From Octopus sinensis (Eukaryota), in NCBI RefSeq assembly GCF_006345805.1, contig NC_043018.1, positions 27,590,001 to 27,654,000 of the forward strand: DNA of 64,000 nt, in the 5' to 3' direction. A model generated the notes under the pieces. It was not told the origin of the DNA, ran no database searches, and saw only the letters and a program-made list of their open reading frames with translations. Each line of letters opens with the position of its first letter. Position 1 is the stretch's first letter. Made by a program: the position numbers and the translations under genes. Shown here one piece after another: positions 37,401 through 48,901 of this stretch.

Positions 37401-40400
37401 CACGCCAGATTTTACCATAACGAAAATTAAATACACGTGTGGTTCAATTGATTACATCCGACGTTATAATTCAAATGCCCCTACTAACAGCGCGCCAAAC
37501 TTTCACGGAGACAATACCACATTTAGAAATAAATGTAGCATAATTATAATTAATTAATAAGGGTGAGAGAATTAGATACTAATTAATAGCATATCTATTC
37601 AACACCAAGTGGCCCAGTGCTCCGAGAAACCTGGATTATTATAATATTTTATACAAAAATAAATATAAGAGAGTGGTCACTATATGGCTCACTCTAGCAC
37701 TAGTTAATCCAAAAGGTTTCAACCACAAAATATATGTTTCCCATGAAAGTCAGTACGATTGTTAGCTCACACGAACAGGGCAAATAAAAAAAACAAAAAT
37801 ACAGATTATTTTGGGACAATTGTTTCGCTATAATGATTAAATGTAATTTTACTTACAAAAAAATCCACTTGTAGCTCCTCAGCCAAAACTATCTGGATGA
37901 AATCCATTCAATCACACGCCAGATTTTACCATAACGATAAATACCGTGTGGTTCAATTGATTACATCCGACGTTATAATTCAAATGCCCCTACTAACAGC
38001 GCGCCAAACTTTCACGGAGACAAATACCACATTAGAAATAATGTAGCATAATTATAATTAATTAATAAGGGTGAGAGAATTAGATACTAATTTAATAGCA
38101 TATCTATTCAACACCAAGTGGCCCAGCTCCGAGAAACCTGGATTATTATAATATTTTATACAAAAATAAATATAAGAGAGTGGTCACTATATGGCTCACT
38201 CTAGCACTAGTTAATCCAAAAGGTTTCAACCACAAAAATATATTTTTCCCATGAAAGTCAGTACGATTGTTAGCTCACACAACAGGGCAAATCAAAAATA
38301 ACAAAAATACAGATTATTTTGGGACAATGTTTCGCTATTATGAATTAAATGTAATTTTTACACTTACAACAAAATCCACTTGTAGCTCCTCAGCCAAAAC
38401 TATCTGGATGAAATCCATTCAATCACACGCCAGATTTTACCATAGATAAATACACGTGTTTCAATTGATTACATCCGACTTTATAATTCAAATGCCCCTA
38501 CTAACAGCGCGCCAAACTTTCACGGAGACAAATACCACATTTAGAAAAATGTAGCATAATTATAATTAATTAATAAGGGTGAGAGAATTAGATACTAATT
38601 TAATAGATATCTATTCAACACAAGTGCCCAGTGCTCCGAGAACCTGGATTATTATAATATTTTATACAAAAATAATATAAGAGAGTGGTCACTATATGGC
38701 TCACTCTAGCACTAGTTAATCCAAAAGGTTTCAACCACAAAAATCTATGTTTCCCATAAAGTCAGTACGATTGTTAGCTCACACGAACAGGGCAAATCAA
38801 AAATAACAAAAATACAGCTTATTTTGGGACAATTGTTTCGCTATTAATGAATTAAATGTAATTTTCTTACAAAAAAATCCACTTGTAGCTCTCAGCCAAA
38901 ACTATCTGGATGAAATCCATTCAATCACACGCCAGATTTTACCATAACGATAAATACCGTGTGGTTCAATTGATTACATCCGACGTTATAATTCAAATGC
39001 CCCTACTAACGCGCGCCAACTTTCACGGAGACAAATACCACTTTAGAAATAAATGTAGCATAATTATAATTAATTAATAAGGGTGAGAGAATTAGATACT
39101 AATTTAATCATATCTATTCAACACCAAGTGGCCCAGTGCTCCGAGAAACCTGGATTATTATAATATTTTGTAATATATTTAATATTTTATACAAAAATGA
39201 ATATAGAGAGTGGTCACTATAAGCTCACTCGCACTAGTTAATCTAAAAGGTTTCAACCACAAAAATATATGTTTCCCATGAAAGTCAGTACGTTGTTAGC
39301 TCACACGAACAGGGCAAATAAAAAATAACAAAAATACAGATTATTTTGGGACAATTGTTTCGCTATTAATGAATTAATGTAATTTTACTTACAAAAAACT
39401 CCACTTGTAGCTCCTCACCAAACCTATCTGGATGAATCCATTCAATCACACGCCAGATTTTACCATAACGATAAATAACACGTGTGGTTCAATTGATTAC
39501 ATCCGACGTTATAATTCAAATGCCCCTACTAACAGCGCGCCAAACTTTCACGGAGACAAACCACATTTAGAAATAAATGTAGCATAATTATAATTAATTA
39601 ATAAGGGTGAGAGAATTAGATACTATTTTAATAGCATATCTATTCAACACCAAGTGGCCCAGTGCTCCGATGAAACCTGGATTATTATAATATTTTATAC
39701 AAAAATAAATATAAGAGAGTGGTCACTATATGGCTCACTCTAGCCCTAGTTAATCCAAAAGGTTTCACCACAAAAATATATGTTTCCATGAAAGTCAGTA
39801 CGATTGTTAGCTCACACGAACAGGGCAAATCAAAAATAACAAAAATACAGATTATTTTGGGACAATTGTTTCGCTATTAATGAATTAAATGTATTTTACT
39901 TACAAAAAAATCCACTTGTAGCTCCTCAGCCAAAACTATCTGGATGAAATCCATTCAATCACACGCCAGATTTTACCATAACGATAAATACACGTGTGGT
40001 TCAATTGATTACATCCGACGTTATAATTCAAATGCCCCTACTAACAGCGCGCCAAACTTTCACGGAGACAAATACCACATTTAGAAATAAATGTAGCATA
40101 ATTATAATTAATTAATAAGGGTGAGAGAATTAGATACTAATTTAATAACATATCTATTCAACACCAAGTGGCCCAGTGCTCCGAGAAACCTGGATTATTA
40201 TAATATTTTGTAATATATTATAATATTTTATACAAAAATGAATATAAGAGAGTGGTCACTATATAGCTCACTCAGCACTAGTTAATCTAAAAGGTTTCAA
40301 CCACAAAAATATATGTTTCCCATGAAAGTCAGTACGATTGTTAGCTCACACGAACAGGGCAAATAAAAAATAACAAAAATACAGATTATTTTGGGACAAT

Positions 40401-40648
40401 TGTTTCGCTATTAATGAATTAAATGTAATTTTACTTACAAAAAAATCCACTTGTAGCTCCTCAGCCAAAACTATCTGGATGAAATCCACTCAATCACACG
40501 CCAGATTTTACCATAACGATAAATACACGTGTGGTTCAATTGATTACATCCGACGTTATAATTCAAATGCCCCTACTAGCAGCGCGCCAAACTTTCACGG
40601 AGACAAATACCACATTTAGAAATAATGTAGCATAATTATAATTAATTA
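34471..40648 (-). repeat. Tandem array of 12 full ~504-534 bp non-coding monomers, each with a hammerhead ribozyme on the minus strand (retrozyme/PLE pLTR-like, family A)
   Basis: Unit start ATAAGGGTGAGAGAATTAG recurs at about 34471, 34998, 35512, 36027, 36534, 37045, 37557, 38065, 38573, 39077, 39601 and 40115, with a partial unit at 40649. Units are near-identical apart from scattered 1-bp indels. No ORF longer than about 100 aa. Confidence 0.95.
34734..34829 (-). ncRNA. Hammerhead ribozyme of array unit 1 (representative). Others at 35245-35339, 35760-35856, 36268-36363, 36781-36875, 37287-37381, 37802-37895, 38310-38406, 38815-38908, 39337-39430, 39848-39942, 40382-40477
   Basis: Plus strand reads CAGATTATTTTGGGACAATTGTTTCGCTA...TAGCTCCTCAGCCAAAACTATCTG. 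Units 8, 9 and 10 have 1-nt deletions in helix III or the core. Confidence 0.87.
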
Positions 40649-40985
40649 ATAAGGTGAGAGAATTAGATACTAATTTAATAGCATATCTATTCATATCTAT
40701 ATGGATTATTATAATATTTTGTAATATATTATAATCCAGGTTTCTCGGAGCACTGGGCCACTTGGTGTTGAATAGATATGCTATTAAATTAGTATCTAAT
40801 TCTCTCACCCTATTAATTAATTATAATTATGCTACATTTATTTCTAAATGTGGTATTTGTCTCCGTGAAAGTTTGGCGCGCTGTTAGTAGGGGCATTTGA
40901 ATTATAACGTCGGATGTAATCAATTGAACCACACGTGTATTTATCGTTATGGTAAAATCTGGCGTGTGATTGAATGGATTTCATC

Positions 40986-41081
40986 CAGATAGTTTTGGCT
41001 GAGGAGCTACAAGTGGATTTTTTTGTAAGTAAAATTACATTTAATTCATTAATAGCGAAACAATTGTCCCAAAATAATCTG
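40986..41081 (+). ncRNA. Type I hammerhead ribozyme, family A (cleavage after 41068)
   Basis: Same motif as 1633-1728. Confidence 0.88.
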
Positions 41082-41520
41082 TATTTTTGTTATTTTTTAT
41101 TTGCCCTGTTCGTGTGAGCTAACAATCGTACTGACTTTCATGGAAACATATATTTTTGTGGTTGAAACCTTTTGGATTAACTAGTGCTAGTGTGAGCCAT
41201 ATAGTGACCACTCTCTTATATTTATTTTTGTATAAAATATTATAATATATTACAAAATATTATAATAATCCAGGTTTCTCGGAGCACTGGGCCACTTGGT
41301 GTTGAATAGATATGCTATTAAATTAGTATCTAATTCTCTCACCCTTATTAATTAATTATAATTATGCTACATTTATTTCTAAATGTGGTATTTGTCTCCG
41401 TGAAAGTTTGGCGCGCTGTTAGTAGGGGCATTTGAATTATAACGTCGGATGTAATCAATTGAACCACACGTGTATTTATCGTTATGGTAAAATCTGGCGT
41501 GTAATTGAGTGGATTTCATC

Positions 41521-41616
41521 CAGATAGTTTTGGCTGAGGAGCTACAAGTGGATTTTTTTGTAAGTAAAATTACATTTAATTCATTAATAGCGAAACAATT
41601 GTCCCAAAATAATCTG
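41521..41616 (+). ncRNA. Type I hammerhead ribozyme, family A (cleavage after 41603)
   Basis: Same motif as 1633-1728. Confidence 0.88.
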
Positions 41617-41812
41617 TATTTTTGTTATTTTTTATTTGCCCTGTTCGTGTGAGCTAACAATCGTACTGACTTTCATGGGAAACATATATTTTTGTGGTTG
41701 AAACCTTTTGGATTAACTAGTGCTAGAGTGAGCCATATAGTGACCACTCTCTTATTTTATTATTATTATTATTTATATATATATATATATAATATATATA
41801 ATATATATATAT

Positions 41813-41903
<91 letters not shown>

Positions 41904-42042
41904 CACATATATATATGTATATATATATACATGTAATATATATATATATACATATATATATATGTATATATATATATATACACATATATATATATATACA
42001 TATATATGCATATATACATATATATATATATATACCTATATA

Positions 42043-42075
<33 letters not shown>

Positions 42076-42207
42076 CTATATATATATATATATATACACA
42101 TATATAGTTAATCCAAACAAGAAAGCACAAAAAAACACAACAACGCGAGGACGTGGAACAAATATAGTATTATTGGACGGTCAGGAAAGAAGGAAAGAAG
42201 GAGGATT

Positions 42208-42241
<34 letters not shown>

Positions 42242-42244
42242 GAT

Positions 42245-42309
<65 letters not shown>

Positions 42310-42310
<1 letters not shown>

Positions 42311-42600
42311 TGAATAAATGAAAGAATGGAGTCGAACGAAGATGTTAACAAAATTCCTTTACTCTCGACACATGTTTCGAAGACAGCATATTTTCATTCC
42401 GAAGGAATAAAGGATGCATTATGCAATCTTTTCATCAGGAAAGAAAAGGAGCCTCTCTCAACAACAAGACAAACAAAAATTTCGATGATTGCCTACATGG
42501 TAACCATCGAAATTTTGCTAAAAAACGTTTTGGCTGCTATTTCTAGAAAGTTCAGTATGTGGCAAAGTAATTTATTTTACTAAGCCCTAATTATATAATG
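42310..42600 (-). mobile_element. PLE-like fragment (family B) with HHR at 42362-42443; related copy 48955-49130 (HHR-like 49006-49089)
   Basis: CUUUC CUGAUGA AAAGA...UCUUC GAAAC AUGU GUC GAGAG. Second copy reads CUUUC CUGAGGA GAAGA...GAAAC AUGU GUC GAAAG. Confidence 0.65.
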
Positions 42601-42639
42601 TAATATTTTGAATACGCCTTAAATGGTCCTTTTACATAC

Positions 42640-43155
42640 TGAACACTACTTGGTGAAATTGATTAATAACTAATTAATTTTACCCTCAATTATTGATATT
42701 ATAATTTCTTTCTCCCTGTTCTGTTACTACGGTTCTCACCGTTATAGTATGTTTACTAGATAACTCACGTGGGTGGAAGAGGAAAGAACATGAATCTTCG
42801 CTTGTACATTTTGAATTTGCTAGTACCGGCAGTTTGAGGGTGTTTGTCTGAGGTGATACATTGCCGGACGGGTATGTTCATTCTTTTAGTGCTTTCAAAA
42901 CCAAAATTAAGAAATGTTGAGCTGACGAAGGAAATGCTGAGTTTTATTTCGGCTAATCTAGAAACGTGACGTTCTCAAATGATCTTTGTACTTGTGATAT
43001 TTTACTGTTTTACCTCCATATCTTCGTGAGTTCTATTTGAGTAAACATTATCTGGGAGAATTTTTCTTAAAGTAGTGGCTAAAAAACTTTTGGCTGCTAT
43101 TTCTAGAAAGTTCAGTATGTGGCAAGGTAATTTATTTTACTAAGCCCTAATTATA
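42640..43155 (+). mobile_element. PLE-like fragment with degenerate HHR at 42917-42978; its 3' ~70 bp duplicates 42530-42597
   Basis: UUGAG CUGACGA ... GAAAC GUGAC GUU CUCAA with weak helix II. Direct repeat TTTGGCTGCTATTTCTAGAAAGTTCAGTATGTGGCAA...TAAGCCCTAATTATATA. Confidence 0.5.
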
Positions 43156-43207
43156 TAATATATATATATAATATATATATATATAATATATATATATATT
43201 ATATATA

Positions 43208-43243
<36 letters not shown>

Positions 43244-43452
43244 TGTGTATGTATGTATGTATGTATGTATGTATGTATATTGGATTTTGGGTATATGTCT
43301 ATAGTATGTGAAATAAAGCAAATTCACCGTTTGGTCTATCTGATGTCATCCACAGTAAAGATGTAATTTTTACTGGGTCTATGTTTGGAAATCCGCAGTG
43401 TTTGTTGAGTTTATAGTTGATGAAGGAAACGGAAAATGTTTCATTTATCAAC

Positions 43453-43485
<33 letters not shown>

Positions 43486-43849
43486 TGTGTGTGTGTGTGG
43501 TGTGTGTGTGTACACGAGAGGCTTCTTTCACAAGGCCGTAGCAGACAATATTTGCCCCAAATGCCTCACAGTGAAACTAAACCTGGAACCAAATTTCTTA
43601 CGACTCAGCAACACGGCCGATAGAATAATTGCCAGCCATTAACAAAAACAAAAAGATTAAGCACCGGGGCAATCTGTTTTAGTAAAACTCTAAAAACCTT
43701 CAACGTGGTTCCTCAGCATGGCGTCACTCTCATAGCTGCAACAAGTAAAACGTAAAACAATGTATGCTTCTTGTGCCGCGGGTGAACAACTATGACGCAA
43801 CTCACTGAAGCAACTGATAAAGCAAAGATAAATGGGAGGAAATGTGTAA

Positions 43850-44290
43850 AGTCATAATGTAATGGAAGATCCTAGAAGGACTTGTCCCAAACTTTGGCAT
43901 CGAGAGTTACACAAATACTAGAACTGGGCGCCACTGCATGGTGCCAAAGAGTCCAAATTTGCCATCGAGATGTAGGACAAGATACTGTGATAGCCTGGGC
44001 TTCAGAGGCCTACAGCTCTTCAATATCCTCCCGAAGAACCTGAGAGACCTGCATGGGGTGGATGCGGATGTCTTTAAAATAAAACTGGATCTCTTCCTGT
44101 CAGGTGTCCCAGATGAACCAACTTCACGGCAGGAGGTGCAGATGAGGGCAGCTGCATCGAACTCTCTCATGCACCAAATGGCAATTGCTAAAAGGCATTC
44201 GTGAAGTAAAACACCAAATGGCGGTGCCCCAGCATGGCCACAGCTCGTGAGCAGAAACTAGATAAAATGAAATAAAATAAAATAAATAAA
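43850..44290 (+). mobile_element. CR1-like LINE 3' end with tail
   Basis: WKILEGLVPNFGI...RGLQLFNILPKNLRDLHGVDADVFKIKLDLFLSGVPDEP, then tail GGCGGTGCCCCAGCATGGCCACAG and (AAAT)n. Confidence 0.88.
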
Positions 44291-44337
44291 AAAATAATGT
44301 TCATGGGAGATGTAACACCGAAGCTGGAGCTCATTTT

Positions 44338-44452
44338 TTCTTCTTCTTCTTCTTCTTCTTCTTCTTCTTCTTCTTCTTCTTCTTCTTCTTCTTCTTCTTC
44401 TTCTTCTTCTTCTTCTTCTTCTTCTTCTTCTTCTCCTTCCTCTTCTTCTTCT

Positions 44453-44499
<47 letters not shown>

Positions 44500-44520
44500 T
44501 TCTTCTTCTTCTTCTTTTTC
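44338..44520. repeat. (CTT)n microsatellite
   Basis: Direct inspection. Confidence 0.95.
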
Positions 44521-45105
44521 TTTCGGGCGTTTGACGATGTCAATCACCCTCATGTGTGTTTATGTCAATGATGAAAATAGCCAGATAAACATTCTATTTG
44601 TATACAATATTATAAGGTCCCAAAAGAATACAAACCAAGAAATGACTGTGTGTATATATATCTATGTGTGTGAGAGTGTGTGTGCGTGTAATATATATAA
44701 CCTATATGTATGTATACATGTGCATGCATGCAGGTGTGCGTGTGTCAATGTGAAAGTGTGAGTGTATGTGTGTGTGTGTGTGGCACAATGGCCCAGTGGT
44801 TAGGCAGTGGACTCGCGGTCGTAGGATCGTGGTTTCGATTCCCAGACCGGACGTTGTGAGTGTTTATTGAGCAAAAACACCTAAAAGCTCCACGAGACTC
44901 CGGCAGGGGGTGGTGATCCCTGCTGTACTCTTTCACTACTCTTTCTCTCACTCTTTCTTCTGTTGGCCTGCTCGCTTAGCCAGCGAGGTGGCGTCGTTCG
45001 AAGGCTAAAACAATGCGAAGCATTGTGACCAGCGATGTGTAGCGACATCTGATGGTCTGGTCAGTCACGTGATCACGTGATATATATATATATTATATAT
45101 ATATA

Positions 45106-45146
<41 letters not shown>

Positions 45147-45328
45147 GGGGTAAACCTATAAATGTGAAGCAAGGTGGAAAAAAGAGTACTCAAATACCAG
45201 TGGTAGAGTAATATGCTTTATTTAAAGCAGCAGAAAATCGGTTCCATTCTAGCAAAAACTGTCCGATGAACGGCAACGGGAAACTCAGAATAACAGGTTT
45301 TGTTGAATTTTCTGCTGCTTTAAATAAA

Positions 45329-45399
<71 letters not shown>

Positions 45400-45402
45400 A
45401 TG

Positions 45403-45499
<97 letters not shown>

Positions 45500-45501
<2 letters not shown>

Positions 45502-46426
45502 GGTATGTAGAAAAATACAACATGGACAAGAACGTATAACTCTTAGAAGACGACACAATAAACATGGACAGGACATTCGAACCCCTCAGTCTTCAGTCAA
45601 GAACCGGATCATCGTAGTAATTTCGGCTGATTAATCTTGAGATTACTAGATCACGGCCAGCCCTCCAAGAAAAACTAAGCAACGAGCATTAGAAAAACTA
45701 AGCTGGAAGCGTAGATTTCCTGGAAGAAGGATCGAATGCATACGAACACCAGGACAGCAAAAGGGACAGATATAAAAAAAACAAAAAACAATAATGGAAT
45801 ACAGAGACATGAAATACAGAAGCATTAACGGTGAAAACAACAAGTGTCTTACGACTGATAACAAGCAAACAAATTTTTTCTCTGGCGCATTGGAAGAAGC
45901 CTTTATAGTGGCGGACGAAAAACAACGATGTTAACACGACGAGGGTCAGGAGCTGAAAGGCAGATTTCGGCCAACAGTCACGTGACAGAGAAGAGGAAAA
46001 AGAAAAGAAAGAGAAGCAAAGGAAGAGAGAGAGAGACGAGGGACAAAACGCAACAAAGAGAGAGAAAGAAGGGATCAGAGAGGAGAAGGGATGGGTGTCG
46101 AAGAATGACCTGTGAGTGCAGAGCGAGACAAAGAATTAGGAGGGTAAAGAGAAGAGAAAAAGAGGATGAGTAGAGAGAGAAGAGAGAGAGAGAGAGAGGG
46201 GGGGCAGATCAAGTAAAAATGAGAGAGAGAGGGAGACAAAAAGAGAGTCGTACCAATTATTAAGAATATGTGCTCACATTAATGATAAGGTGGGTACGGG
46301 GCGCCTGGAATATATGTTAAGGTATGTAGAAAAATACAACATGAACAAGAACGTATAACTCTTAGAAGACGACACAATAAACATGGACAGGACATTCGAA
46401 CCCCTCAGTCTTCAGTCAAGAACCGG

Positions 46427-46430
<4 letters not shown>
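45500..46430. mobile_element. Family D unit with ~110-bp terminal direct redundancy (45500-45612 = 46318-46430)
   Basis: TAAGGTATGTAGAAAAATACAACATG...CAAGAACCGGATCAT duplicated. (TA)n flanks. Confidence 0.65.
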
Positions 46431-46488
<58 letters not shown>

Positions 46489-46679
46489 CAGAGAGAGAGA
46501 AAGAAAACAGATACAAAGAGCAAGTGAGAGAAAGAGATAGAACGATAGATATACATATATTGATAAATACGAACATAACCCATGTGATTGCAGAAGGAGA
46601 TTCTTAGACGCTCCGTTATCTCTTGGCCTAACTACACAAATATGATTGCGTCTAATTTTCTTAAAGAGGAAATTTACAA

Positions 46680-46812
46680 GATGCTTCGCAATCACATGGC
46701 CTCAGGTTCAGTCTTACTGCGTGGCACACGAGTGAAGTGTCTTCTACAAAAGACACGAGCTAACCAAAACCTTGTGAGTGGATTTGCTAGATGGAAACTG
46801 AATGTAGCCTGT

Positions 46813-46863
<51 letters not shown>

Positions 46864-47060
46864 CTTTATTCTTTTACTTGTTTCAGTCATTTTGACTGCG
46901 GCCATGCTGCAGCACCACCTTTAGTCGAAAAATCGACCCCAGGACTTGTTCTTTCTAAGCCTAGTACTTACTTTATCAGACTTTTTTGTGGAACCGCTAA
47001 GGTACGGGGATGTAAGCACACCAACATCGGTTGTCAAGCGATGGTAGAGAACAAACACAA
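46680..47060. mobile_element. SINE family A head (+, 46680-46815) joined through (TA)n to an inverted body (-, 46865-47060)
   Basis: Homology to other copies; the two parts are in opposite orientation. Confidence 0.7.
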
Positions 47061-48068
47061 ACACACATACATACATACATACATACATACATACATACAT
47101 ACACACACATACATACATACATACATACATACATACATACATACATACATACATACATACATACATACATACATACATGGAATAAACGAACTTTAAGTTA
47201 GTTAAAATATGTTTGAGACATATTTTAACTTCTTAATGCGAATTCACTGCTTAGCTTGTTGGAAAAAATTCTCATATGGTAAAAGGTGTAAAAACACCAT
47301 AACTGATCACTGCTTTCCTATAGCGGACCCCAGATGCATTTCTGGTTCTGTAGCCTTCTTCTGTAGGAGATACTGAAGAGAGACTGCTCTGGGCTTATTC
47401 TAAAGCCCTTGTTGTATCCTTGAACACTCAATATCTGTGACTGAGTTGCCCTAGCGCACCACCTGATCGGAGTAAATACTGCAGAATCAGCGCTAGGCAG
47501 TGATAAGGAATAAACGAAATTTAACTTGGTTAAAATTTATTTGTATCATATTTTAAGTTCGAAAGATAAATTCATTGCAGTTACCGTGGAGGGAAAATTC
47601 TAGCTTATGGTAAAATGCATAAAAAGAGGAGGAGGCAGATATAAAAGTTAAAGGCAGATATGAAAATTCTATTAGAGCTTGGTATGACAACAGTTATGTT
47701 TCCGCTTACAGAGAACATACAATGCCCAAACTCGTATTCTACGAGTTCAAAATTTAGATATTTTTACCTGGTTTACACATTATAATCTTAACATAAATCA
47801 CGAGCGCTCCAAACATCCAGTACCCAATCAGCGTCCGTTGTGAGTTCACAAAGCCCCCGAAGGGCACTATCATCTAGGTTAGAAGACACTGGATTATACA
47901 AATGAAATTGAACATTGTGAGGCTCCTGGATGTCTAGTTACCAGTAACAGAAGGACATTCACACGCACGTGAGCACAGCTACATACACACACATACACAA
48001 ACACAAACACTCACACACTGAAACATACAATATTTATATATACATACATACATGCAAGCACACACATA

Positions 48069-48104
<36 letters not shown>

Positions 48105-48246
48105 TATATACATGTATGACAACTTAGGCAAGTGTCTTCTACTATAGCCTCGGGCCGACCAAAGCCTTGTGAATATGTTTGGTAGACAGCAACACACACA
48201 TGCTTCCCCCGCCACATATATATTACTTGCAACCAACTTGCAGATG

Positions 48247-48818
48247 CAAGTGCTACTGGCAGTCTTATGGGGTCACCAGGAGAGAATGCGCACCGTTTCG
48301 GGGGCCTTCCTCTTAACGGTATAATTGCGCACCACCCATCCCCCACTTCACTGATATGAAACCCCACTTGCTAGATCAACAGACTATTAGACTTCATTCA
48401 ATACTTTTTCTTGGCAAAGGCGGCGATCTGGCAGTATCGTTACCACGTCGGGTTAAATGCTTAGTGGTATTTCGTCTGCGCTATGCTCTGAGTTTAAATT
48501 CTGACGAGGTCAACTTTGCCTTTCATCCTTTCGGGGTTGATTAAATAAGTACCAGTTACGGACTGGGGTCGATATAATCGACTTAATCCGTTTGTCTGTC
48601 CTTGTTTGTCCCCTCTGTGTTTAGCACCTTGCGGGCAGTAAAGAAATAGGCATTTCGTCTGTCTTTATGTTCTGAGTTCAAATTCCGCCGAGGTCGGCTT
48701 TACCTTTCATCTTTTCGGGGTCGATAAATTACTGATTACTTCTTAATTAATTAATTTTACCCTTTGTTATTATTAAATATATATATATATGTGTGTGTGT
48801 GTATATATGTATGTGTAT

Positions 48819-48901
<83 letters not shown>

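Larger units (their letters stand above)
40730..41756 (+). repeat. Inverted arm (about 2 monomers) of the family A array
   Basis: Reverse complement of the monomer from ATAATCCAGGTTTCTCGG to GACCACTCTCTTAT, followed by (TAT)n/(TA)n. Confidence 0.95.

Noticed and set aside
34471-41756. CRISPR array or coding tandem repeat interpretation of the big array
   Set aside because: Eukaryotic context, no unique spacers, and the short ORFs (MRELDTN...) are broken by indels with no recognisable domain.
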